Shown: piece by piece, positions 18,582-29,609 of the stretch
How positions within the stretch are numbered: the first letter of the stretch is position 1
How the letters are laid out: each line of letters starts with the position of its first letter
Source of the DNA: Candidatus Limnocylindrales bacterium
GTDB taxonomy: Bacteria; Chloroflexota; Limnocylindria; Limnocylindrales; CSP1-4
Direction: 5' to 3'
DNA: 64,000 bases
NCBI GenBank assembly: GCA_035692005.1
Contig: DASSII010000100.1
Span: forward strand, 5,554-69,553
Translations under genes and position numbers: made by a program
Notes under the pieces: generated by a model
What the model was told of the DNA's origin: nothing
The model's database searches: none
The model's input: the letters and a program-made list of their open reading frames with translations, nothing else

Positions 18582-19907
18582 CTATGACCGCGGTCGGGAC
18601 CGCGCGGCGAGTCGATCCTGCAGTCGGAACCACTCCCCGGCCAGCGGCATGAACCACGGGCGGCCCTCGTACGGCACGGGGACGAGCGGGAAGCCGAGGC
18701 GGGTCAGCTGCGGCGCGTCCCCGCCGGCCAGCCACGCGCCGACCTTCGTGCCGAGGTTCGTCATCAGCGCGACGCCGGTCCCGCAGCAGCCGACGGCGTA
18801 GGCAACGCCGTCCCTGGTCCGCCCGACATGCGGCATCCGGTCGAACGTGAAGCCGACGTTGCCGCCCCAGGCGTACTCGATCCGGTACTCGGCCAGCTGG
18901 GGATGGACCTCGAGGAGGCCGCGCCACAGGATCGCCGCGGTGTGGTCGATCGTGGTCGGCATGAACGACGCTCGGCCGCCGAAGACCATCCGTCGATCGG
19001 CCGACACGTGCCAGTAGTACAGGAAGTTCTTGGTGTCGAAGAACGCACGGCCCCTGGGCGACAACTCGTGGGCCAGCGCCTCCGGGAGGGGTTCGGACGC
19101 GATGATGTACGAGCCGATCGGGATGACCCGTCGACGCAGCCAGGGCAGCAGGCCACCGCTGTAGCCGTTGGTGGCGACGAAGACGTCCCGTGCCCGGATC
19201 GTGCCACGCGTGGTCGTGACGTCGAACCGGCCGTCCGGCCCGCGGCGGATCCCCTCCGCCCGGACGCCCTCGTGCAGGTCCGCTCCGTGACGGGCGGCTG
19301 CGGCAGCGAGCCCGGCGAAGTACCGACCGGGATGGACGAGCGCGCTGCCCTCGACGACCAGCGCACCGAAGTAGGCGTCGCTGCCGATCTCCTCGCGGAT
19401 GCGCTCGCGTGGCACGACCGAGGCCCGGACGCCGACCGCCGCCAGGCTGTCGCGCGCGTGCTCGAGCTCGCGGGCGTGCGACGGGGCGAAGGCGAGCTCG
19501 AGGTGGCCGACCTCGCGGAACTCGCAGTCGATCGCTTCCCCGGCGATGAGGTCCCGGACGAGATCGAAGGAGTCGAGGGTCTCGCGGTACAGCGCCCGAC
19601 CGGTTTCGGGACCGTGGCGCTCGACCAGCTCGGCGGCGCTCCACTTGTACCCGGCGTGGACGATGCCGCCGTTGCGCGTCGAGGCTCCCCAGCCGAGGGT
19701 GTGCGCCTCCAGCAGGGTCACCGCCACCCCCCGGCGGGCGAGCTCGCGGGCGGCCGTGATGCCGGCGTACCCGCCGCCGATCACGACGACGTCGGCCGCG
19801 GTCGGCAGGGCACGTCCGGAGCGATCGGGCAGGTCGGCCATCGTGGCCTGCCACAGGGAGCGTCGCTCGTAATCGGGGTTGAGGTCAGGGAGCGCCGAGG
19901 TCGCCAT
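18582..19907 (-). CDS. FAD-dependent oxidoreductase (DAO family)
   Basis: ATG at 19907. Dinucleotide-binding motif DVVVIGGGYAGITAARELARRG. DAO-like body. Only the C-terminal 441 aa of the listed 780-aa ORF look coding. Confidence 0.8.
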   Translation of the reverse strand: MATSALPDLNPDYERRSLWQATMADLPDRSGRALPTAADVVVIGGGYAGITAARELARRGVAVTLLEAHTLGWGASTRNGGIVHAGYKWSAAELVERHGPETGRALYRETLDSFDLVRDLIAGEAIDCEFREVGHLELAFAPSHARELEHARDSLAAVGVRASVVPRERIREEIGSDAYFGALVVEGSALVHPGRYFAGLAAAAARHGADLHEGVRAEGIRRGPDGRFDVTTTRGTIRARDVFVATNGYSGGLLPWLRRRVIPIGSYIIASEPLPEALAHELSPRGRAFFDTKNFLYYWHVSADRRMVFGGRASFMPTTIDHTAAILWRGLLEVHPQLAEYRIEYAWGGNVGFTFDRMPHVGRTRDGVAYAVGCCGTGVALMTNLGTKVGAWLAGGDAPQLTRLGFPLVPVPYEGRPWFMPLAGEWFRLQDRLAARSRPRS

Positions 19908-20117
19908 CGTCCGGAGCGTAGCCGAGGGCGTGACCGTCGTGCCCGTCGTCGCGCCGGACGCGCTGACCCGAAGGTCCGGGGAGCCGGTCCGGACGCCCTG
20001 GAGTACGATCGGGTCGGGACGGATCGACGTCCGGAGCAGCCCCGCCATCGCGGACGCAGCCCGCAGTGCGGACCCGACTCGCCGTCGCGTTCCCGCAACC
20101 GGTCTCGGGAGTCCATC

Positions 20118-20954
20118 GTGCGCACGTTGGCCGTCATCAACCGCAAGGGCGGCAGTGGCAAGACGACCACCGCGGTCAACCTGGCCGCGGCGATCGCCGA
20201 GCTGCACATGCCGGTCCTGCTCGTCGACCTCGACCCGCAAGGCAGCGCGTCGGACTGGCTCGAGGGGACCGGCGCCAACGACCAGGCGATGTTCCAGGCG
20301 ATCATGAGCACGGCCGACCTCGCCCGGCTGGCCACTCCGACCGGCGTCCCGGACCTCGACATCATCGCGGCCACGCCATGGCTGGTGACTGCCGAGCGCT
20401 CGCTCCTGGGCGAGCTGAGCCTCGGCGTCCAGCGCGCGATCCAGGGCTTGCCGCGCCGCTGGGCCTTCGTCATCGTCGACTGCCCGCCGTCGCTGTCCTA
20501 CCTGTCGGTCGGCGTGCTGATGGGCGTTCGCGAGCTGGTCATCCCGGTCGAGGCCCACGGCATGGCGCTGACCGGCGCAGATGCGGTCATCGATGAGTTG
20601 CCCTCGGTCCGCGCGCTCAACCCCCACCTCGCGACGACCTACCTGCTGCCCTGCCGGGTCACCCGCACGAACCATGCACGGAGCGTCGTCCGGACGCTCG
20701 AGACCGACTATCCCGACGTCGTCACCCGTACGCGCATCCGCGAGACGATCAAGTTCGCCGAGGCGGCCGAGGCGCACCAGCCGATCATGACCTACGCGCC
20801 CCGCAGCGTCGGGACGGCGGACTACCGCGCATTCGCACGCGAGATCCTCGGGCTCGATATCCCCGCGCCCGGTGAGAGCGACGGGGAGCGATCGACCGAG
20901 GAGCGGCCCGGCTGGCTGCGCCACCTGGTGTCCCGCGCGGGAGCGACCCGCTGA
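20118..20954 (+). CDS. ParA/Soj-family ATPase (orphan, no ParB seen)
   Basis: GTG at 20118. Deviant Walker A INRKGGSGKTTTAVNLA, LVDLDPQGSAS and VIVDCPPSL are present. Confidence 0.8.
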   Translation: MRTLAVINRKGGSGKTTTAVNLAAAIAELHMPVLLVDLDPQGSASDWLEGTGANDQAMFQAIMSTADLARLATPTGVPDLDIIAATPWLVTAERSLLGELSLGVQRAIQGLPRRWAFVIVDCPPSLSYLSVGVLMGVRELVIPVEAHGMALTGADAVIDELPSVRALNPHLATTYLLPCRVTRTNHARSVVRTLETDYPDVVTRTRIRETIKFAEAAEAHQPIMTYAPRSVGTADYRAFAREILGLDIPAPGESDGERSTEERPGWLRHLVSRAGATR

Positions 20955-21181
20955 GCGGCACGCCGCGACCGTCGGCCGAGGCGGTCGAAGCCCTCGTCCG
21001 GGCCATCGAAGCGAAGGAGGCCCGGGAGACCGGCGCGCCGCCGGCGGCCGATGCGGAGGACGACCCGGGCCCGCCCCAGCCCGCCAGCACCCCGGCGGCG
21101 CGTCGGGGATGGACGCTCCCGCCGCTGCCGGTCGCCATCAGCCCGGTCGGCCCGACGACGCGGGGGCCGCTCCCCGGCGTC

Positions 21182-21604
21182 ATGGACCGACAGCGCTGGG
21201 AGGGCCTGCTCGCCCACGAAGCGCAGCGCCAGGAGCGTTACCCGCGGTCGACCGCGGTCGTCGTCGTCGAACTCGACGGCCTCGACGAGCTGGTCGCGCG
21301 GATGGGGCCGGCCGCGGTGAATCGGCTCGTCCCGCCGTGTGCCGGGATCCTCGTGTCGGTCGCGCGGGCATCGGACCGGATCGCCCGGCTCGCGACCGGA
21401 CGGTTCGGCGTCATCCTGTTCGAGACCGATGACGATGGCGCCGCCCGCTACGCGGCCCGGGCGGTCGCCACGACGCAGGCATGGCTCGCGACCAGCCCAT
21501 GGGACGTGCGTCTGTCGGCCGGTTGGACATCGACCCGCGAGCCGAGCGACCTGCGCCGGGCGGTCCGGACCGCCGAGGACGACCTGCGCGCCCGGCGCGC
21601 TTGA
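21182..21604 (+). CDS. Degenerate GGDEF-like domain protein (catalytic motif replaced)
   Basis: The sequence aligns by eye to the GGDEF fold: VVVVELDGLDELVARMGPAAVN... then RLATGRFGVILFE where RxGGDEF is expected. The same frame is open upstream to 20876 with protein-like sequence but no ATG/GTG, so the true start may be a non-canonical codon near 20951. Confidence 0.5.
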   Translation: MDRQRWEGLLAHEAQRQERYPRSTAVVVVELDGLDELVARMGPAAVNRLVPPCAGILVSVARASDRIARLATGRFGVILFETDDDGAARYAARAVATTQAWLATSPWDVRLSAGWTSTREPSDLRRAVRTAEDDLRARRA

Positions 21605-21611
21605 CGGGCCG

Positions 21612-22271
21612 TCAGCCCAACCACGGACCGAACAGCGAGTCGAGCCCGGGGACGTCGTGGCAGGTGCGACAGCGGGCCTCGTACGATTCGGCCTTGCCGG
21701 TCGCGTCGTTGAGGCCGCCGACGACGATGGTCGGCGAATCCGCCGGGGCGGGCCGGCCGTTGATGAGTCGCTGCGTGCGCGTCGCCACGCCCTTGCACAC
21801 GACGCAGATCGCGGTCAGCTTGACGACCTCGTCGGCGACCGTCAGCAGGCGCGGCATCGGCCCGAACGGCCATCCCCGGAAATCGCGGTCGAGCCCGGTC
21901 AGGATCACCTGACGACCCTCGTTGGCGAGGCGGTCGACGACCTCGACGATGCCGTCGTCGAAGAATTCGGCCTCCTCGATGCCGATGACATCCGGGTCGA
22001 TCTCGGCCACCACCGCGGGGATGGCCGCCGAATCGGGCACGGCGCGCGACGGGAAGGCGACGCCGGAGCGCGACTCGATCCGCCCGCGGCCGGCCCGGGT
22101 ATCGATCTCGTGGTCAAGTACGAGCACTCGCCGGCCGGCGATCTCGGCCCGGCGCAGCAGCCGGATCAGCTCCTCGGTCTTGCCCGACGCCATCGGCCCA
22201 CACAGCAGGGTGATCCAGCCGTTCGGCTGCGGATCGCCCGGTCGGGGCTCGGTCGGACGCGGGCTCTGCAC
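21612..22271 (-). CDS. tdk: Thymidine kinase
   Basis: P-loop GPMASGKTEELI. C-terminal zinc ribbon cysteines (CVVC ... CRTC). Confidence 0.85.
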   Translation of the reverse strand: MQSPRPTEPRPGDPQPNGWITLLCGPMASGKTEELIRLLRRAEIAGRRVLVLDHEIDTRAGRGRIESRSGVAFPSRAVPDSAAIPAVVAEIDPDVIGIEEAEFFDDGIVEVVDRLANEGRQVILTGLDRDFRGWPFGPMPRLLTVADEVVKLTAICVVCKGVATRTQRLINGRPAPADSPTIVVGGLNDATGKAESYEARCRTCHDVPGLDSLFGPWLG

Positions 22272-22320
22272 GTGGACAAGCGTAGCGCGGCGCGAGGCGA
22301 TCGGGCGTGACCGGTCGGCC

Positions 22321-23696
22321 TCAGTCGGGCGCCTCGTAGGCGAGGTGACCGGCCGCCACGGTGAGCAGCACCCGGCCCGGCAGCTCCATCCCCAGCAACG
22401 GCGTGTTCTTGCCCCTCGAGACGAGCGCCGCCGGGGTGACGGTCCAGCGCTCGGAACGATCGAACACGACCAGGTCCGCCGGCGCGCCTTCGACGAGGCC
22501 CGCGGACCCGCGACGGGTGCGCGATCCGAGCAGCCCCGCCGGGCCGCCCGACAGGGCGTCGATCGCCCGCAGCAGCGTCAGCCGTCCGGCGTCGACCGCG
22601 ACGAGCACCAACCCGAGTGCGGTCTCGATGCCGCTGATGCCGTTCGCCGCCAGGCCGAACTCGACCGCCTTGTCGACCTCGGTATGGGGCGCGTGGTCCG
22701 TCGCGATCGCATCGGCCGTGCCGTCGGCCAGGGCCGCCAGACAGGCCAGCGCGTCGGCCGGCGTCCGAAGCGGCGGGTTCACCCGCAATGCGGACGCAAA
22801 CGGCGCCGCCACCCGCGCATCGTCGCGCCACGGGTCGGGATCGGCGCCCGTCTGCCAGGCGAACCGACGTGCGCCCGCGAGCCATTCGTCGGTCAGCGCG
22901 AGGTGGTGGGGCGTGACGTCGCAGGTCACGGGCAGGCCGGCCGCCTTGGCGCGGCGCACGAGGTCGAGCGCCCCCGCGGTCGACACATGGGTCAGGTGCA
23001 GCCGGGCGCCCGCGACGTCGCGGCAGACGTCGGCGAGGATCGCCAGGTCGCGCGCGACGGCCGCCTCCTCCGCCGCGGCCGGCCAGCCGCGCAGGCCGAG
23101 CACGGTCGCCACGAACCCCTCGTTCGCCTCGGCACCTTCGGTCTGGCTGGCATCCTCGGGATGATCGACGATCGGGAGCCCGAATCCTCCGGCGTAGGCC
23201 AGCGCGTTGCGCAGGATCGTGGCGGAGCGGATCGGCGACCCGTCATCGGAGAAGCCGACGACGCCGGCGTCGGACAACTCGCCCAGCGCGGCGAGGGTCT
23301 CGCCTGCCCGACCGACGGTGACCGCACCGTAGGCGAGCAGCTCGAGCGGGGACCCGGACGTGACCGCGGCGGCGCGGATGTGCGACAGGACCCCCGGCTC
23401 GTCGAGTGCGGGAGTGGTGTTCGGCATGGCGCACACCGTCGTGAAGCCGCCGTGGGCGGCCGCCGCCAGCCCGGAGGCGATCGACTCGGCATCCTCGTTG
23501 CCGGGCTCGCGCAGGTGGGTGTGCAGGTCGATGAACCCGGGGGCCACGACGACCCCGCTCGCGTCGACGCCCTCAGCGTCGGCGTCGACCAACCAGGTGA
23601 CCGCCTCGAGGATCCCGTCCCGGACGACGATGTCACCGGGACCCTCGCGCCCGGCGGCCGGATCGACCAGCCACGCGCGCGAGAGATCGAGGTCGA

Positions 23697-23700
<4 letters not shown>
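22321..23700 (-). CDS. pyrC: Dihydroorotase
   Basis: GTG at 23700 overlaps the pyrB stop. Metal-binding motif FIDLHTHLREPG, plus a DHAPH-type motif (ATDHAPH). Confidence 0.85.
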
Positions 23701-25368
<1,668 letters not shown>

Positions 25369-25408
25369 GCGGCCGAAGGGTGTGCCCGAAGGATACCGCG
25401 CCGGACGG

Positions 25409-25969
25409 TCAGTAGACGTAGACCGTCACGTCGGTGGTGCCGCTCCACGACGGGCAGCCGCAGATCTCGAAGAAGTCGTCGACATACAGGTCGACGACCC
25501 GGTCCGGGGCCAGCGGGCCGTAGTCGTTCACCACGCGCTGCACGCAGCCACCGGCCCCGCAGATGATCACGGTCGTGCCACGCGGCAGCCGCATCGCGGT
25601 CGTGCCGTTGTGATAGAAGGTCGCGGTGCCCTTGAGCGTCGACTTGGCAGGCTTGCGGGCAGAGCCCGAGCCGGGCTCCGGCTGGTCCACCCCGGGGCGC
25701 GCCGTCGGACCGGCGATCTCGGGTGCCTCGCCGGGTTCGATGAAGCGGGTTGCCGCGTGGATCGCTGCGGCCGACCGGAAGGCGCCGTCGGGCGCCGCGA
25801 TCGACAGGGGCGATGTCGCGCCGGACGCCGGGATCGAGAGCGACTGGAACGCACCGGCGGGAACGGGCTCCAGGGCGCTGGGGGCGCGGGAGCCGGCGAG
25901 ACCCGGCAGTGCGGCCAGGGCGAGGGCGGCACTGAGGACCGACCCTACGACCAACCATCTGGGTCGCAC
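25409..25969 (-). CDS. Secreted RlpA-like double-psi beta-barrel (DPBB) protein
   Basis: Signal peptide is present. C-terminal GTATFYHNGTTAMRLPRGTTVIICGAGGCVQRVVNDYGP is characteristic of the RlpA/expansin-like DPBB domain. Confidence 0.65.
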   Translation of the reverse strand: MRPRWLVVGSVLSAALALAALPGLAGSRAPSALEPVPAGAFQSLSIPASGATSPLSIAAPDGAFRSAAAIHAATRFIEPGEAPEIAGPTARPGVDQPEPGSGSARKPAKSTLKGTATFYHNGTTAMRLPRGTTVIICGAGGCVQRVVNDYGPLAPDRVVDLYVDDFFEICGCPSWSGTTDVTVYVY

Positions 25970-26014
25970 GATAGGCCGGGAACGATACGCCCTCCGGCGG
26001 GCGCGTGCCAGTCC

Positions 26015-27826
26015 TCAGCGTACGACGACGATGCCGTCCCCGGGCGTGCTCTCGACCGTGCCGACGTCGCCGGCCGACCACGCCGCGATCTGGATCCGAC
26101 TCCCCTCGCCACCCTGTCCGGGCGGCGTCGCCCATGCCAGCCGGCCCTCCCCGATCGAGAAGCCCAACAGTGCCGGCACGTCATGCGGCCCACCGTCGAC
26201 GCGGGCAAGCCGCTCGTCCCGGGTGTCCACCCGGAACAGGCTGAGCCGGCCGATCGCCGGGTCCTGGGCGTCGGCGACCCATGCCGCGACCCACTCCCCG
26301 GACCCGTCCCAGCGGATGTCGAAATCGCCTGGTGCGTGGTCGGCGACGACCCGGGCGTCGCGGTGGCTTCGGTCGCGCCCGGCGCCACGACTGGACCAGC
26401 TGCGCAACTCGAGCGCGCCGAACGCGGGCGCCCAGGTCCCGTCGGGATGCTGTTCGATCGTCCCGGCCCAGCCGATCGCGAGCGTGCCGCTCGGGTCGAC
26501 GACGGGCCGCCACAGGTCCCCGAGGCGGGTCTCGGTCCCGTTCGCCGGATCGATCCGAACGGTCACGACGGTACTCGTCGGTCCAGCCGGGTTCGCGGGC
26601 CGGCTCGCGACGAGCTCGTCACCGGCCCACGACCCGAAGTAGGTCGTTCCATCCGTGGTCAGGGCGTGCGCCTGGCCGTCGCCGACCCGCCACACGTAGA
26701 CGTTCGGACCGGTCGACCGATCGGTCGGCCTGGCGGTGAACGCGAACCACGCCCCATCGGCCGAGAACGCCGCCGATTCGCCGACGACGTCGATGTTGCT
26801 GGCGATGGCGATGGCGGTCGCGATCGTCGGCTCGGGGCTGACGGTCGGCGAGGCGGTCGGCGTGGCGGTCGGCGTGGCAGATGAGCCGGCCGACGGCGTC
26901 GGGCTCGAGACCGGGTCGGAGCTCGGACTCGGTTCGGGTGATGCCGGGGTGGATCCGTCGCTGGGGCTCGCGGTCGGCGACGGCGACGTGCTCGGTGCCA
27001 CGGTCCGGGTCGGGACCGGCGTGGGCGTTGCCGGAGGCGTCGAGGCCGTCGGAGCCGGGGTCGCCGTGGCTTCGGGCAGATCGACGATGAGCAGCTGGTC
27101 GCCGGCGACGCCGTTGTCGTCGATGGCGACCGCCTCGCGGCGGGTCGGCGACCCGATGATCGTCCGGGGCGCGCGGGTCAGCGCGACTTGCAGGCGGCGC
27201 CCCTCGCCGACCATCGGGCAATCGGACACCTGGGCCGGACACACCCGGTCCACGTTGACGGCGGCGAGGCCGGGGCGACCGCCGGGACCGGCGTCGATCC
27301 AGGTCACATCCCCGGCGCCGACGGCGATCGGGGTGGCTTCGGCGGCGGCCGAGGCGGCAGCGGTCGGGCTGGCGAGGATGGCGACATCGGGGGAGGCGCC
27401 CGGCGTGGAGCCCGTCCCGCCGATGCGGAAGGTCCCACCCGACAGGGTGCTGACGCCGATGACGAGGGCGATGACCGCCACCCCGGCGATGGCCCCGAGC
27501 GGCAACCGGGACCGGCTCGCGGTCCGGCGCTCGGCGTCTCGGCCCGACCCGGCGGATTCCTGCTCGATCGCCGCCGCGGTCCGCGCCCACAGGTCGCGCG
27601 GCGGCTCGGGGGTCTGGCTGCGCAGGGCCCGCAGCGCGTCGCGCTCGGCCACATAGGCGGTCGCGACGGCGGTGCACTCGGCGCAGTTCGCCAGGTGCTC
27701 GTCCAGCCACGATGCCTCCGCGAGGCCGAGCGGTCCATCCAGCCGCTCGGCGGCCCGGACCCGTGCCCGGTCGTGGGCGGACGGCCAGTGATCCGGCCGT
27801 CGACGCAAACGGGGGAATCGACTCAT
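26015..27826 (-). CDS. Anti-sigma factor (zf-HC2) with a large extracytoplasmic domain
   Basis: N-terminal H-x3-C-x2-C (HLANCAEC), one TM helix (LPLGAIAGVAVIALVIGV), a P/T/S-rich linker and a beta-rich C-terminal region. 4-nt overlap with the sigma gene. Confidence 0.7.
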   Translation of the reverse strand: MSRFPRLRRRPDHWPSAHDRARVRAAERLDGPLGLAEASWLDEHLANCAECTAVATAYVAERDALRALRSQTPEPPRDLWARTAAAIEQESAGSGRDAERRTASRSRLPLGAIAGVAVIALVIGVSTLSGGTFRIGGTGSTPGASPDVAILASPTAAASAAAEATPIAVGAGDVTWIDAGPGGRPGLAAVNVDRVCPAQVSDCPMVGEGRRLQVALTRAPRTIIGSPTRREAVAIDDNGVAGDQLLIVDLPEATATPAPTASTPPATPTPVPTRTVAPSTSPSPTASPSDGSTPASPEPSPSSDPVSSPTPSAGSSATPTATPTASPTVSPEPTIATAIAIASNIDVVGESAAFSADGAWFAFTARPTDRSTGPNVYVWRVGDGQAHALTTDGTTYFGSWAGDELVASRPANPAGPTSTVVTVRIDPANGTETRLGDLWRPVVDPSGTLAIGWAGTIEQHPDGTWAPAFGALELRSWSSRGAGRDRSHRDARVVADHAPGDFDIRWDGSGEWVAAWVADAQDPAIGRLSLFRVDTRDERLARVDGGPHDVPALLGFSIGEGRLAWATPPGQGGEGSRIQIAAWSAGDVGTVESTPGDGIVVVR

Positions 27827-28398
27827 CGCTCGGCCCCGCGTGTGTGGACGTCACGCGCCGCCTCTGCCTTCGCGTCGGCCGCCCGTTCCGCGGCCAGCGC
27901 CTGGCGCAGGCTCTCACGGGCTCGGGTCAGCAGCGCCCGTGCCGCGACGTGGCTCACGCCAAGGGCCGCGGCGAGCTCGAGTCCGGTCAGGTCATGCAGC
28001 TCGGCGAGGAGCAGGGCCGCGCGCTGGCGCTCCGGGATCCGCTCGAGGGCGCGCTGCAGGTCGCCGGACAGCCGGGCATCCATGACGAGGTGCTCGGCCG
28101 ACGGCGCGGCGCCCCGCGATTCGCCGGTCCACGGCAGGAAGCGGATGATCTTGCGGCGGCGGATCTCGTCGAGCGCGACGCGATGGGCGATCTGGTACAG
28201 CCACGCCCGCGCGTTCTCGGGCTTCTCGAGCGACTCGTAGTTCCTGTACGCCTTGATGAACGCGTCCTGGGTCATGTCGGCGGCCACCTCGGGGTCGCGC
28301 ATCATCCGCAGGAGGTAGGCGTAGATCTCGCCGTGGTGCTTGCCGAACAGCGTCTCGACGAAGGCCGCCGCTTCGTCGCGGTCCCAGGTGCCGCTCAT
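27823..28398 (-). CDS. ECF-type RNA polymerase sigma factor
   Basis: ATG at 28398. Region 2 (DMTQDAFIKAYRNY, ARAWLYQIAHR) and region 4 HTH (LAAALGVSHVAARALLTRARESL). Confidence 0.85.
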   Translation of the reverse strand: MSGTWDRDEAAAFVETLFGKHHGEIYAYLLRMMRDPEVAADMTQDAFIKAYRNYESLEKPENARAWLYQIAHRVALDEIRRRKIIRFLPWTGESRGAAPSAEHLVMDARLSGDLQRALERIPERQRAALLLAELHDLTGLELAAALGVSHVAARALLTRARESLRQALAAERAADAKAEAARDVHTRGAER

Positions 28399-28597
28399 CG
28401 GACGGCCTCGACCGAACCGGAGCGCGTCGGGGCGGCCAAGCAGGTCGCGAGGGTCAGCGGTCGAGGGTTCGATGGCCACGTGGGCTCCGTGCGGGTGACG
28501 TCGCGGAGCGCGCGCCATGGGCTGTTCGCGCTCGACATCGCAAGGACGGGGCGTCGGTGCGGCATGTGACGCCCGTCACGCACGGGCGCGGCCCCGA

Positions 28598-29602
28598 TCA
28601 ACCCGACCCACCTCCCTCCGGATCGGCGCGGCCCAGCAGCTCCTCCACCGCATCCTCGGGCGAGACGGGGTTGACCGGCAATCCGGTTCCGAGCTCGAGG
28701 CCGGCGATCTCGCGCAAGCGCGGGTGGATCTCCCAGTGCCAGTGGTACGTGCCGTCGACCTGCTCGCGCAGCGGCGCGGTGTGGAGGACGAGGTTGTAGG
28801 GCGGACCATCGAGGGCGCTGGCGAGGCGAGCCAGGACGTTGCGCAACGCCTCCGCGGTGGCCTTGATGTCGCGCTCCGTGGCGCGCGCGAAGTCGGCGTC
28901 GTGGCGGCGGGGCACGATCCAGACCTCGAACGCCGAACGGGACGCGTACGGCGCGAATGCGACACTGTCGTCGTCCTCCCAGACAAGGCGGTCCGGGCGG
29001 ATCGTCTCGTCGCGGACCAGCCGGCAGAACGGGCACTCCCCCTCGCGGATGACGAACCGCGCCGCACCGCCCAGCTCTTCGGCGATGCGATGCGGGATCT
29101 GGGGCAGGTCGTACAGGTCCAGGCACAGGTGGTTGGTCCGGGCGCCGGCCTGGGCGCCCCAGTTCTGGACGACGGTCAGGTAGTCGGTCTGACCGGCGGT
29201 CCGCGCCTCCGCGATGGCATCGCGTGCCCCGGCGACGAGCGCCTCGATGAGCTCGCTGCCGACGGCATGGAGTGGGCGATGCTCGCCGGGCGGGGCGACG
29301 ACGGTGCGCCAACTGCCGGTCGCCCGCGCCTGGGCGAGGGACACCTGGGCCAGGCCGTGGTCGCGATCGAGCTCGCGCGCCTCGGTGTCGGTCCCGACGA
29401 CGTGGAACGCGAAGTCCTTGAGCATGCGCAGCCGCACGCCGTCGCCGGATGGGGTCGAGCAGTTGGCGCAGCCGAAGAGGCGGTCGTCGACGGGCTCCGC
29501 CGCCCGGGCGAACCGGTCGCGATGGAAGGCGCGGTCGACGATGGTCGCGACCCACCAGCCAGTGATGGGGTCCTTGCGCAGCTCGAACAGGCCGCCCGCC
29601 AC
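28598..29602 (-). CDS. GalT-branch HIT-superfamily nucleotidyltransferase (galactose-1-phosphate uridylyltransferase-like)
   Basis: GTG at 29602, 7 nt after the lipB stop. Zinc-type Cys pairs (CANC, CPFC), then FAPYASRSAFEVWIVP and the His motif YHWHWEIHP. Confidence 0.6.
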   Translation of the reverse strand: MAGGLFELRKDPITGWWVATIVDRAFHRDRFARAAEPVDDRLFGCANCSTPSGDGVRLRMLKDFAFHVVGTDTEARELDRDHGLAQVSLAQARATGSWRTVVAPPGEHRPLHAVGSELIEALVAGARDAIAEARTAGQTDYLTVVQNWGAQAGARTNHLCLDLYDLPQIPHRIAEELGGAARFVIREGECPFCRLVRDETIRPDRLVWEDDDSVAFAPYASRSAFEVWIVPRRHDADFARATERDIKATAEALRNVLARLASALDGPPYNLVLHTAPLREQVDGTYHWHWEIHPRLREIAGLELGTGLPVNPVSPEDAVEELLGRADPEGGGSG

Positions 29603-29609
29603 GACGGGA

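Noticed and set aside
18582-20924. Long N-terminal extensions of listed ORFs: the 780-aa version of the FAD oxidoreductase, the 789-aa version of the tandem USP (41445..43814), the 720-aa version of the membrane protein (34370..36532) and the 878-aa version of phosphoketolase
   Set aside because: Family-typical N-termini begin at internal ATG/GTG codons, often with a Shine-Dalgarno or a coupled stop/start. The upstream parts are low-complexity and overlap neighbouring genes.
20876-21181. Separate small gene between parA and the GGDEF-like ORF
   Set aside because: The frame is open and protein-like but has no ATG/GTG. It is better explained as a possible N-terminal extension of the GGDEF-like gene with a non-canonical start than as an independent gene, and it remains unresolved.
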